Below are positions 20,921 through 30,364 of a stretch of 64,000 nucleotides of DNA, in pieces. Position 1 is the first letter of the stretch; the number at the start of each line of letters is the position of its first letter. The stretch lies in contig CAZNUP010000002.1 of NCBI GenBank assembly GCA_964576435.1, positions 247,182-311,181 on the forward strand, written 5' to 3'. Under the pieces are notes generated by a model. The model did not search any database and was not told the DNA's origin. It was given only the letters and a program-made list of their open reading frames with translations. The DNA comes from an uncultured Gammaproteobacteria bacterium (GTDB lineage Bacteria > Patescibacteriota > Microgenomatia > JAMCZE01). The position numbers and the translations under genes were made by a program.

Positions 20921-22537
20921 ATGAAGGTTTTGATTGTTGGTGCTGGAATTGCTGGGTTATCACTGTCAGCACATCTAAAAATATCCGGATACGAAGTTGT
21001 TATTGTTGAACGAGCTGAAAAAATTCAAACTCACGGGTTTGTTCTAGGTCTTTGGGGGGCCGGGCTCAAGACTCTTGAAGAATTCCAAATTAATGAAAAT
21101 ATAAAGAGCGTTGGGCATTTTCCTACCCGTTTTGATCTAAGGGATAAAGACGGAAAAGTTTTAAGAAGGTTCGATTTCTCACGACTCATAGATAAATACG
21201 GGCAGGCAGTAACACTTTTGAGAAATGATTTTCAAAAGATTCTTCTTGACATCAACAAAGGGCAAAAAATTATATTAAATACCTCAATTAAGAGCCTTCA
21301 TCAAAGTAAAGATGACGTGACAGTTGTTTTTACAAACGGACATGAAGAGAAGTTTGATTTGGTGGTTGGCGCTGACGGAATTCACTCAAAGACAAGAGAA
21401 TTAATTTTCGGTGAAGGTTTTGTTAAATATTCAGGTTTGACCAGTTGGATTTATATGCTTCCGGATAGTGATCATTTTAAAACTAATGTGACGGAGATTT
21501 GGTCCGGAGATAAGTTTTTCGGCGCCTACCCTTTTAAAGAGAAAAGATTGTGTGTAATTTTTGCATTAAAAGCATCTAAAGGAATGTATTCAGATACACA
21601 AGATAAGATCTCTTTATTAAGAAAAGAATTTGGAGATTTTGGTTGGATTGTGAAAGATGTTCTAAATTCAATGACAAATCGAGAAGGCATTTTTCATACC
21701 GACTGGAATGAAGTCGAGATTAAAAATTGGCAAGACAAGAGGGTTGTTTTGATTGGGGATGCTGCTCATTCCATGTTACCCACAGCGGGCTCTGGTGCTT
21801 CAATGGCACTTGAAGACTCATTTTGGCTAGCAAATGAGATTAGGGCTAACCCAGACAATCTTATTTTAGCAGTGGAAAATTTTTGTTTACGAAGAAATAA
21901 GGCGGTTCGAGAATTAAAGGGTCATACTGATTTAATGGGGAGAATTATAGGGTTGTCTGGTCCTCTGGCAGTAGTTAGAAATTTTTTTATAGGGCTTATT
22001 CCAGAAGGATTAATACATAAGGACCTTGCATATTTGATGACTATTCAAGACAAGAAGTATATGTCTGATTATTACGCCATAAAGACGGTTTGGGAATTTG
22101 ACAAACAGAAATCCGATGTTTGTTCGACTCTATTTGAAATTAAAAATTGGCCCCAGTGGTGGAAGTTTGTTAAGTCTTCTAAGTTTGGTGACATTGTTGA
22201 TGGTAAAACAAGGGTGCACGTTGTCTTTGGATTTTGGCAATACCAGTTGGATTTCGATATATACGAAGACCAGATTTCTTCTGATGAAATCGGCGGGTCT
22301 GTTGTTGGTGATCTGTTTGGGAATGCAAATGTTAAGGTCATAAAAGAAGGCAATAGAACGAAAGTAATTTTCAAATGGCAAGTCTTAGTTGAAAGACCCT
22401 GGATAAGAAAGGCCTCAAAATTCATGCATCCGTTGTTTTCATTTGCACATAGTTATGCAATGGAGTCAGGTGCTAAAGGACTTGCTAAGGAGCTTGGGTG
22501 CAGACTCGTATCTTCTAAGTCTGTTAAAATCGACTAG
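20921..22537 (+). CDS. FAD-dependent aromatic-ring monooxygenase fused to a C-terminal SRPBCC (Bet v1/COQ10-like) domain
   Basis: VLIVGAGIAGLSLS Rossmann motif and GDAAHSMLPTAGSGASMALEDS flavin-hydroxylase motif in the first ~380 aa; the last ~150 aa resemble the polyketide-cyclase/SRPBCC fold. Confidence 0.7.
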   Translation: MKVLIVGAGIAGLSLSAHLKISGYEVVIVERAEKIQTHGFVLGLWGAGLKTLEEFQINENIKSVGHFPTRFDLRDKDGKVLRRFDFSRLIDKYGQAVTLLRNDFQKILLDINKGQKIILNTSIKSLHQSKDDVTVVFTNGHEEKFDLVVGADGIHSKTRELIFGEGFVKYSGLTSWIYMLPDSDHFKTNVTEIWSGDKFFGAYPFKEKRLCVIFALKASKGMYSDTQDKISLLRKEFGDFGWIVKDVLNSMTNREGIFHTDWNEVEIKNWQDKRVVLIGDAAHSMLPTAGSGASMALEDSFWLANEIRANPDNLILAVENFCLRRNKAVRELKGHTDLMGRIIGLSGPLAVVRNFFIGLIPEGLIHKDLAYLMTIQDKKYMSDYYAIKTVWEFDKQKSDVCSTLFEIKNWPQWWKFVKSSKFGDIVDGKTRVHVVFGFWQYQLDFDIYEDQISSDEIGGSVVGDLFGNANVKVIKEGNRTKVIFKWQVLVERPWIRKASKFMHPLFSFAHSYAMESGAKGLAKELGCRLVSSKSVKID

Positions 22538-23202
22538 TGAACAAAGAACAAACGAAAAGTTTGGCACTTTTATCTCTCCCCTTTTTGCTTGCCTTAATCA
22601 TTACTGCGGTTTTGCAATATACGATTTTAGCAAAGCCAGAACTTGTACAATCGTGGCTGGAGTCGTTTGGATCGTGGATAATTTTAGCTTATGTTCTTAT
22701 CCAAACTATCACAATTGTTGTTCCTCCGCTTGGAGCACTGTTTGCTCAACTTGCTGTTCTTTCAATTTTTGGACCACTAAAAGGAGTCGTTTTAATTTAT
22801 CTTGTTAGCACTCCAGCTTATTGTATTAATTTTTTCCTGGCTAGAAGATATGGCCGCCCTTTAGTGGAAAAGGTCATTGGAAAACAGGGTATGGCAAAGA
22901 TGGACAATGTGTTTGCTGATGCTGGTGTCGGAACACTCGTTATTTTAAAAGTTCTTCAAGGAGGATATTTTGATTTTGTCTCTTACGCAGCTGGTCTTTC
23001 TAAAATAACTTGGACGGAGTTTTTGCTTGTTAATATCTTTGGTGGTATCCCTTACGCGATTTTAACTTATATTGTTTTCTTAAAGTCTAATAACTTAATT
23101 AAATCAGTAATAATTCTTCAAGGGCTTGCAATAGTTTTGATTGCAATGTCTTTCCTTATTAACCACTATAAGAATAAAAACAAAAAAAGCCCCCAGAGTT
23201 AA
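22537..23202 (+). CDS. DedA/TVP38-TMEM64 superfamily membrane protein
   Basis: 221 aa polytopic membrane protein; weak resemblance to the DedA family; family assignment is tentative. Confidence 0.4.
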   Translation: MNKEQTKSLALLSLPFLLALIITAVLQYTILAKPELVQSWLESFGSWIILAYVLIQTITIVVPPLGALFAQLAVLSIFGPLKGVVLIYLVSTPAYCINFFLARRYGRPLVEKVIGKQGMAKMDNVFADAGVGTLVILKVLQGGYFDFVSYAAGLSKITWTEFLLVNIFGGIPYAILTYIVFLKSNNLIKSVIILQGLAIVLIAMSFLINHYKNKNKKSPQS

Positions 23203-23218
23203 TCCCGGGGGATTTTTT
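23189..23218 (+). terminator. putative intrinsic terminator (GC dyad CCCCC...GGGGG followed by T6)
   Basis: aagcccccagagttaatcccgggggatttttt spans the stop codon of the preceding gene. Confidence 0.45.
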
Positions 23219-23236
23219 GCACTTTCAAAGGAAAGA

Positions 23237-23410
23237 TTACATGGCTTTGTCGTAGTCAGCTTTGCTGACGAACTTTGTTAACCATCTTCCATCAGGGGTT
23301 TGTGCACGAACTGCATATCTAACGCCTGATTTTGATTTATATTCTTTTCTATCAGAAACTGGTAAATCAGTCTTTTGTCTTGTCTTAACGTCGTAAAAAG
23401 TTGTTGTCAT
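23237..23410 (-). CDS. small hypothetical protein, 57 aa (MTTTFYDVKTRQKTDLPVSDRKEYKSKSGVRYAVRAQTPDGRWLTKFVSKADYDKAM)
   Basis: Translated by hand; below the ORF-track size cut-off; SD GAGGTGA 7 nt upstream of the ATG. Confidence 0.45.
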   Translation of the reverse strand: MTTTFYDVKTRQKTDLPVSDRKEYKSKSGVRYAVRAQTPDGRWLTKFVSKADYDKAM

Positions 23411-23617
23411 CTAATTGTTCACCTCATTTCCCATATTTTGAGCTCGAAATCAGTATTCCAAATTCGAACTTGGGTGTCAATAGTCAGGCACAATTAGAGC
23501 GTGAGGAAGGGAAGAATCATGGAGGCAATTATTGCTAAGGTTGCTACAATTATGACTCCTTTGGTTAATTTATCGTGCTTATGAAAGAATTCCATGACGT
23601 TATAATAGACTGATTTT

Positions 23618-24664
23618 ATGAATAGAGTCAAATGGATTAGTTTAGGCGTTTTAATTGTAGCTTGTTTGGTTGCTCTATTTACGAGTTTAAATAGAGATAA
23701 TGAGCCACAAGTTCTGCCTAAAAAAGTGCTACCAACTACAACAAGTATGCCAAGACGGGTGTATGTGGGTGCTTGGGCTGGTGGATTTTGGGATAGTAGT
23801 ACAAAAACCTTAGATGTTTCAGCGCTTTCTACTTTTGAAAAGAATGTGAATAAGAAAATGGCTATTGCCAATATGTTTTCTGAATGGGGGTATTTAGCCA
23901 ACCCAGAACTTTTGGAAGACCTCAATCAGATTTCAGACCAAGGGTGGGTGCCAATGATTAGTTCTAACCCCCACTTTTTTGATGGGTGCAGTGAAAGGAA
24001 AGACAATTTGTATAAAGAGATAGCAAGTGGTCGGTGTGATGAATTTTTAGCAAGTGCGGCTGCGAATTTAAAAGCATATAAAAAACCAGTGCTTCTTAGG
24101 TTTGCTTGGGAGATGAATTTACCTTCAATGTATTGGGGGGTCGAGAAAGTTAAGAGTACCCCAAAAGACTTCATAGCTTCCTGGAGACACTTTTATGATG
24201 TCTTAGACAAAGAAGGTGCTGACAATGTAGTTTGGGTGTTATCGTTTAACACAAGTAGCGGAGAAACTATCCCCTACAAAGATCTCTATCCTGGAGACAA
24301 ATATGTCGATTGGGTAGCGATTGATGGATACAACTGGGGTGTTGGGAAACCCTGGGGTGGATGGACTGATTTTAATGGAGTGTTTAGAAACTCATACAAT
24401 GAGCTTGTGGCAGTTTCAGATAAGCCTGTGATGCTATCTGAAGTAAATAGTGCCACTAATGGCGGAAATAAAGCTTTGTGGCTTCGAGATATGTTGAATG
24501 TTCAAGTTCCTGAAAAATTTCCTAAAGTAGAAGCTATTATATTTTTCAATGAAAATAAGTCAGAAGGAGAAAGTGTTGATTGGAGACTTGAGAAGTCTGA
24601 GGAATTTTTAATGGAAGTACGCAAGGGCTTGGCTAACAATATGTACCGAAGTACCTTCCCTTAA
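23618..24664 (+). CDS. secreted or membrane-anchored glycoside hydrolase, GH26-like (beta-mannanase family)
   Basis: N-terminal TM/signal segment; LLRFAWEMN matches the GH26 acid/base motif (LRFAHEMN); LSEVN is a candidate nucleophile region. Confidence 0.6.
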   Translation: MNRVKWISLGVLIVACLVALFTSLNRDNEPQVLPKKVLPTTTSMPRRVYVGAWAGGFWDSSTKTLDVSALSTFEKNVNKKMAIANMFSEWGYLANPELLEDLNQISDQGWVPMISSNPHFFDGCSERKDNLYKEIASGRCDEFLASAAANLKAYKKPVLLRFAWEMNLPSMYWGVEKVKSTPKDFIASWRHFYDVLDKEGADNVVWVLSFNTSSGETIPYKDLYPGDKYVDWVAIDGYNWGVGKPWGGWTDFNGVFRNSYNELVAVSDKPVMLSEVNSATNGGNKALWLRDMLNVQVPEKFPKVEAIIFFNENKSEGESVDWRLEKSEEFLMEVRKGLANNMYRSTFP

Positions 24665-26305
24665 TATTTCAGTAGTCATTGTCACAAGGCTTACTCCAAT
24701 TAAGACAAAAAATAAAGCAAGAACAGCATGTGTTTTTGCGTAGACCAAAGCCTTGTTAAATACGTTGTTAGCAGTTTCTAATCTATATGGATGGGTGTAA
24801 TCAGAGACCGAGGAAATGTATCTTACATGCCAGAAGACTGAATAAAATCCCCAAGCGAGAAGAATATAGGCGTTATAGTTTCTAAAAATATCTGGCCTTA
24901 AAAGAAGCACGATTGTGAAGAAAACTATATAAATGCCGGAAATAAGCATGCCAATATTGGTGGCATTTACGAAATCGGGACTTAGGTTACTTGATTTAAC
25001 TCCAGTTGGTTGCCAGGAAGGGACACCTTTAACGATCATTCTTATGTAGGTATAGAAGTAGGTGTAAGAATTTGACAGGGCTGCGAGTTTGGTTCCCGTT
25101 TTACTTTTGTTCGTCTTAGTAAGAGGAATAATTACTCTACTTAAAATAATGTACGGCAGAAAATATAGTGTGTTCCATATAGAAAGGCTTTCTGGGTGAA
25201 GGAAAAGAAGAAGGAGTAATTGGAATGAAAAGAGCACCATTAAAGCCTCTGATAAGTAATAGGTGGGGTTAACAAGGTAAATAAGCCTGGCCATAAGATT
25301 TAGGTGCGCAGTTGGCCAATATTTCGCAAAAACTAAATTTCCACTACACCACCTTAAATGTTGTTTAAAGTAGCCTTGAAAGGTTTCTGGACTTGTGCCA
25401 ATACTTGTGATGAGGGGTAAATATTTAACATAGTAGCCGTGCTGGGTAATTAGAAGTCCCGTTGCTAAATCTTCACTGGCATGTACTTTTGGTGTCCCAT
25501 CTAATTTATTGATTGTTGTTCTTCTGTAGATTGCACTTGTGCCAACACACATGGCTGCTTTAAATTCATCACGGCAAGGCATAATCACCTTGTAGAAATC
25601 TTCAACAATGTTTCCTCCACCAAATTCAATTTCTGATCTGTCGTGCACTGCTTTAGTATTTTCGAAATATTGGGGAGTTTGTAAAATGCCAATTTCTTTG
25701 TCCGAGGCAATATAAGGAACAAGATCTTTTAGAGAATCTTTAGTTGGAATAAAGTCCGCATCAAGAATTAAAATGAATTCACCATTTGAATGATTGTAGC
25801 CAAATTCTAAGTTGCCGGATTTTTTATACTCCCCTTTATTTGGTCTTGAAAGGTAAACAAAACCATATTTATTAGCTAGGTCTTTATGCGCTTCACTCCC
25901 CTTATCATCAAGCATATAAACTTTGTAATTTGTGTAATTTAAATTGGCGACTGCTTTTAGAACTTCCTCGTGAACTGCCAAATCTTCTCCGGCCCAAGGA
26001 AGAAAAACATCAATACTTGGTTCAGAGTTTTCTTGCCAAAACTTGTTTACAAACGCTTCGTGTTTTTTTGGATCAAATTTTTGATAAAAAAGTTGAATGA
26101 AGAAACGCATCAACTTATTAATAGTGAAGATCGCAATGATGGGTCCGAACACAATTAAATAGATTGGACTTAATTGTAAGTATCGCCAAAAGCCATAACC
26201 CATTAAAAGAGTTGTCAAAATTCCCGCTATGCCAATAAAGCGAATTATATTTGGATTTGTTCTGGTGTATTCGTATTTATCTAGACGAGCTTCACTACCC
26301 CACAT
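24608..26305 (-). CDS. processive family-2 glycosyltransferase, cellulose-synthase-like (CESA/BcsA-like core, no PilZ domain)
   Basis: DAD (DxD), SED (TED-like), QTPQYF and QHLRWCSGN (QxxRW) motifs flanked by N- and C-terminal TM helices. Confidence 0.8.
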   Translation of the reverse strand: MWGSEARLDKYEYTRTNPNIIRFIGIAGILTTLLMGYGFWRYLQLSPIYLIVFGPIIAIFTINKLMRFFIQLFYQKFDPKKHEAFVNKFWQENSEPSIDVFLPWAGEDLAVHEEVLKAVANLNYTNYKVYMLDDKGSEAHKDLANKYGFVYLSRPNKGEYKKSGNLEFGYNHSNGEFILILDADFIPTKDSLKDLVPYIASDKEIGILQTPQYFENTKAVHDRSEIEFGGGNIVEDFYKVIMPCRDEFKAAMCVGTSAIYRRTTINKLDGTPKVHASEDLATGLLITQHGYYVKYLPLITSIGTSPETFQGYFKQHLRWCSGNLVFAKYWPTAHLNLMARLIYLVNPTYYLSEALMVLFSFQLLLLLFLHPESLSIWNTLYFLPYIILSRVIIPLTKTNKSKTGTKLAALSNSYTYFYTYIRMIVKGVPSWQPTGVKSSNLSPDFVNATNIGMLISGIYIVFFTIVLLLRPDIFRNYNAYILLAWGFYSVFWHVRYISSVSDYTHPYRLETANNVFNKALVYAKTHAVLALFFVLIGVSLVTMTTEILREGTSVHIVSQALAYFH

Positions 26306-26376
26306 ATTTTTTCTTTCAGAATTATTACTTTACTTCGACAATTAAACAAAATTGTTTTAGTAAAAATATCTAAATT

Positions 26377-28107
26377 ATGTATGACTTTTGTATGTCCAAA
26401 TTGGAAGCATTTAGTTTAATAGCTTTCGGATTTTTGATTTTTGAGATTGTTTTTATAAGAATTGGACTTTTCGCGGGAGTTCCTGTAACTAGTCTCACTT
26501 TAATTTTGTCCTTTGTCATATATAGTGCTGCCTTAGCTTTTATTATTTCTTCAACGAGTCAAAAGTTTGCACCACTTGTTGCTTTTATTGGACTCAATCT
26601 ATTTTTAGCTGGGGTAGCGTTTCTTCTTGGATTTACGTTTGATACCAGTTGGGACGGTCAGGGTTATCATCAAACTGCTGTCATTGCCCTGTCTCAGGGG
26701 TGGAATCCTGTATGGCATAGTGCAATTGATTTTTCTCAAAAATTACCCAGTCAAATTTTTGCAGAAGGTTACCCTTCTGCACTTTGGGAAGTTGAAGCAA
26801 GTGTGTATAGTTTTTTTGACAAGGTGAACTCTGCCAAGATTGTAAACATTTACATTGCGATTGTTGCTTTTACAGTTACTTACAGTCTTCTTAGAAAGCT
26901 TAGTTTTGGAAAAATACTTGCTGGGTTTAGTAGTCTTCTGGTAGTTTTTCAACCGGTATACATTATTCAACTTCTTACATTCATGCAGGATGGATTTGGA
27001 TATGAGGTCCTAGTTATCACGGCGGCGTCTCTTATCATAGTAGCTTTTGCTCATAGAGCTTTATTTGCTATTCCAATGTTTATCTTTGGAGAACTAATTT
27101 TAATTTCTACTAAGTATAGTAATTTGCCAATAGCACTAGCTCTTGGAGCAATTTTCTTTTTAATAGTTGGGAATAGATTTTTGAATCATGAATATATTTT
27201 TAATAAGCAGACTAAATTATTTATTGTGGGAATTGTTTTCCTTGGAGTAATATTTACATATCTTCCTTATGCAAGAAATGCGATCTCTTATAAAGCAATG
27301 TTTTATCCAACAAATATTCCGGAACTTATGGGAAGTGTTACTTATAATAATGTCCCAAATAATTTAAGGAAGGAAAACAAATTCAGCTTACTTTTTTATG
27401 GAATTTTTTCCCGGGCACAAAGCAAGGAAAGTGGTGACCCTAGAAGTAAAACCAATATAGCCCAACTTAAGTTTCCTTTTACATTTAGTCTTTTAGAAAT
27501 TGAAGATGAAGCAGGGCTTTTTAATAATCGTGTGGGTGCTGGTGGTCCGTTATTTTCTGGAATAGTTGTTTTGACTCTTCTGTTTCTTTTGGTGATGGCA
27601 TTTAAAACAAAAGATTATAAGCAAAGATATGCCTTATATAGTGCGACATTTTGTCTAGGTTTTGTTTGTATACTAGCTTTATTTGCCCCAACCCCTAACC
27701 TTTTACGGTATGTTAACCAGTTGCAGCTTTTACCATTTATTGTAATTGTGGCCACTTATGCGGTATTTAAGTCAAAGAGTGTTAAGGCATTTACAGTTTT
27801 AGTGTTAGCTTTGATTTTCCTAAATACGACCTTATATGCAAGTGGGGTTTTTGTTAAAACATATGATGAATCTCAAAAGATGTCTGAGCAGTTTAATCAA
27901 ATGAGAAGTTCTGGGAAAACTTATGAAGTAGGAGCACAACAATTTTATTCAAACTATATTTTACTTACTGAACAACAAGTTCCTTTTGTAGTTAGTGATT
28001 ACTTGGAGTGTAATAAAAACATGAAGGCTTTGGTTGCATCATCTAATACAACCCACTATTGTCCAGAATCAAACGAACTTCAAAAACTTTCGTTTACCGA
28101 TCTTTAA
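26377..28107 (+). CDS. large polytopic membrane protein, possibly a GT-C-type glycosyltransferase or polysaccharide polymerase/export component
   Basis: 576 aa with more than 10 predicted TM helices and a C-terminal soluble region; divergent from the GT2 gene. Confidence 0.4.
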   Translation: MYDFCMSKLEAFSLIAFGFLIFEIVFIRIGLFAGVPVTSLTLILSFVIYSAALAFIISSTSQKFAPLVAFIGLNLFLAGVAFLLGFTFDTSWDGQGYHQTAVIALSQGWNPVWHSAIDFSQKLPSQIFAEGYPSALWEVEASVYSFFDKVNSAKIVNIYIAIVAFTVTYSLLRKLSFGKILAGFSSLLVVFQPVYIIQLLTFMQDGFGYEVLVITAASLIIVAFAHRALFAIPMFIFGELILISTKYSNLPIALALGAIFFLIVGNRFLNHEYIFNKQTKLFIVGIVFLGVIFTYLPYARNAISYKAMFYPTNIPELMGSVTYNNVPNNLRKENKFSLLFYGIFSRAQSKESGDPRSKTNIAQLKFPFTFSLLEIEDEAGLFNNRVGAGGPLFSGIVVLTLLFLLVMAFKTKDYKQRYALYSATFCLGFVCILALFAPTPNLLRYVNQLQLLPFIVIVATYAVFKSKSVKAFTVLVLALIFLNTTLYASGVFVKTYDESQKMSEQFNQMRSSGKTYEVGAQQFYSNYILLTEQQVPFVVSDYLECNKNMKALVASSNTTHYCPESNELQKLSFTDL

Positions 28108-29241
28108 AATATCTCCTGGTTTAATTGTTACCTCTTCCCTATTTAATGTTTTACCACTAAGTTCAACTGCATTTTGATCTATTAACCTTTTAGCTTCTGT
28201 TTTACTAAGGTTCCCATACTTTGCTACCAAAGATTCTGGATCTAGTGATTCTTTTGGAGTTTCGGTTTCTGGCATTTCGACTGAATCTAAATTTCCTTTT
28301 TGAAAGGTTTGTTCGAAATGTTGTTCAGCAGATTCAGCTAATTCTTCAGAATGAAGCTCTTTTATAATTTGGTGGGCCAAAGTTTTTTTAGCAACCATTG
28401 GATTTTTTCCAGATTCCAATTCTTTTTTAATTTCAGCAATTTCAGCAAGAGGGAGATTTGTTGCTAAAGTAAAATATTGAATTATTAAGTCATCTTTAAC
28501 TGACATAACTTTTCCAAACATGTCGTTTGGCTCGTCATCAAGCCAAATCGCATTCCCCCAACTTTTGCTCATTTTCCTTCCATCTGTGCCTTCTAAATAG
28601 CCAGTAACTAAAACTGCCGATTCTTTGTTTCTTAGGTCTTTTTGCAAAATTCTACCAGCTTGCATATTAAATGTTTGATCAGCTCCACCTAGTTGAATAT
28701 CGGTGTCAAGAATATAGCTATCATAGCCTTGCATTACTGGATACAGGAGTTCGTGTAACCCTACTTTTTTGCCTTCATCCAGTCGCTTTCTAATTAGTTC
28801 TCTACTTGTAAAATCTCCTGCGGAAAAGTGCTGAGTTAGTTTGACAATATCTTCAAAAGTTAGCTTTGATAACCATTCACTGTTATGCTTTAGAGTTATT
28901 TTTGAAAAGTCGACTAATTTTTCAGCTTGTGATTTATAGTTTTTGAAGTTTTCCTTAATTTGTTCTGTTGTTAAAACAGGCCGCTCACTTTCTTTGTCTG
29001 AGGTGTCACCGATTAGGGCGGTAAAATCGCCAATTAGAAATGTAACATTATGACCAAGATTGACAAATGATTGCAACCTCCTTAGAGCAACTGCGTTACC
29101 AATGTGAATGTGGGTGGCGGTTGGGTCTATTCCATAGTAAACATTGAGGATATTTCCAGAGCGCAATGCTTTTTCCAACTGCTCTTTTCCTGGAATTATG
29201 TTTTCGACCCCCCTTGTTAGTACATCGTCAATTTGGCCCAT
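28069..29241 (-). CDS. tyrS: tyrosyl-tRNA synthetase
   Basis: GIDPTATHIHIGN (class I HIGH), KMSKS, C-terminal S4-like domain; 390 aa. Confidence 0.8.
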   Translation of the reverse strand: MGQIDDVLTRGVENIIPGKEQLEKALRSGNILNVYYGIDPTATHIHIGNAVALRRLQSFVNLGHNVTFLIGDFTALIGDTSDKESERPVLTTEQIKENFKNYKSQAEKLVDFSKITLKHNSEWLSKLTFEDIVKLTQHFSAGDFTSRELIRKRLDEGKKVGLHELLYPVMQGYDSYILDTDIQLGGADQTFNMQAGRILQKDLRNKESAVLVTGYLEGTDGRKMSKSWGNAIWLDDEPNDMFGKVMSVKDDLIIQYFTLATNLPLAEIAEIKKELESGKNPMVAKKTLAHQIIKELHSEELAESAEQHFEQTFQKGNLDSVEMPETETPKESLDPESLVAKYGNLSKTEAKRLIDQNAVELSGKTLNREEVTIKPGDILKIGKRKFLKFV

Positions 29242-29245
29242 CGAT

Positions 29246-29926
29246 TTATTTTACTATCATAGCTAGAATAATTGCTATTAGTAACGCAGGAAGAAAATTT
29301 ATAGTTTTTATTTTCTTTATTTCCATTAGTGATAGACCAATTGTGATAATTAGTGCTCCACCTACTGCTGTCAACTCGCTAATCATTAAAGGGGTGAAGA
29401 AACTTTGAAAAGTACTCGCAAGGATGGCTAAACCTCCTTGATAGATGATTAGCGGAATAATAGAAAAAATTACCCCGATTCCAAAAGTGGCCCCAAGAGC
29501 AATTGCAGTAAAACCATCGAGGATAGATTTTGTAAGAAGTATGGACCTGTCCCCTGTTAATCCTTCGGTTATTGGACCGATTATTGCCATGGAACCTATA
29601 CAAAACAAAATAAAAGACGATGTTAAGCCTTGAGAAAACCTATTGTCTTTAGATCCGGACAGAGTTTTCAGTTTGTTTGTTGTTTTATCTACTATTTCGT
29701 CGAGATGTATAGCTTCCCCAATGGCCCCTCCTATTAGTAGGCTAAATGTGAGGATAAGGAGGTTTTGAGTTTTAAGTGCCATTTGAGTTCCGATTACGAG
29801 AGTGGCGAGCCCCAGGGCCTGGAAAATAACAAGCTTAATTTTTTCAGGCAGTCTATTGTTAAGAACAATGCCAATAGTGCCCCCTAAAATTATGGCGAAA
29901 GCGTTGATAATAGTTCCCAGTAACAT
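29246..29926 (-). CDS. DUF554 (YqgA-like) membrane protein
   Basis: MLLGTIINAFAIILGGTIGIVLNNRLPEKIK...IGGAIGE pattern typical of DUF554. Confidence 0.5.
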   Translation of the reverse strand: MLLGTIINAFAIILGGTIGIVLNNRLPEKIKLVIFQALGLATLVIGTQMALKTQNLLILTFSLLIGGAIGEAIHLDEIVDKTTNKLKTLSGSKDNRFSQGLTSSFILFCIGSMAIIGPITEGLTGDRSILLTKSILDGFTAIALGATFGIGVIFSIIPLIIYQGGLAILASTFQSFFTPLMISELTAVGGALIITIGLSLMEIKKIKTINFLPALLIAIILAMIVK

Positions 29927-29930
29927 ATTT

Positions 29931-29958
29931 TAAAATTAAAAAAACCGCCCTTGTGGCG
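29931..29958 (-). terminator. intrinsic-terminator-like hairpin (CCGCC-N5-GGCGG then U7AAU4 on the minus strand), 5 nt upstream of the DUF554 start codon
   Basis: aaaattaaaaaaaccgcccttgtggcgg read on the minus strand. Confidence 0.5.
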
Positions 29959-30067
29959 GTTAGTTAGTCGATTATGTAATTTAATTACATAAATAGACTA
30001 GCCGCCTTAAGCGTGTTTTTATAATAGGACCAATTTGCAATTTTTAACATTAACCCTAGTTTAGCAA

Positions 30068-30364
30068 CTAATTTCTAATAGTCAACTTTGAGGCATGGTG
30101 ATTAATAATTAGTCCCCAAGTTAGAAGCGTTTCTGCCATTTTATATTCGTTCTGGGGTTGGGTTTCAAGCTCCTTTTGAATTTTAGGAAACGAATCAACG
30201 AATTTCTTGGGGAGTTTTTCAATTGGAAACCCTTGCATCAATTCTATTGTTTGATTTAAAAATGTCAGTATTTTACCCTTTCTTTCAGTAAATCCATCTG
30301 CTACCCAGTTACCCATCCTGGATAGATTCATACCAATTGCCTGCATTTTTTCTGTATCTGTCAT
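30068..30364 (-). CDS. hypothetical protein, 98 aa
   Basis: ORF track; 4-nt overlap with the upstream gene (ATGA). Confidence 0.4.
   Translation of the reverse strand: MTDTEKMQAIGMNLSRMGNWVADGFTERKGKILTFLNQTIELMQGFPIEKLPKKFVDSFPKIQKELETQPQNEYKMAETLLTWGLIINHHASKLTIRN

Noticed and set aside
23494-23925. 143-aa minus-strand ORF overlapping the 5' half of the GH26-like gene
   Set aside because: Low-complexity translation on the antisense strand of a well-supported gene; treated as a shadow ORF. A short 33-aa sub-ORF at its 3' end is mentioned separately.
29931-29958. Reading the CCGCC...GGCGG hairpin as a plus-strand terminator for a + gene
   Set aside because: On the plus strand the A-run precedes rather than follows the hairpin, and there is no upstream + strand gene; only the minus-strand reading gives hairpin plus U-tract.
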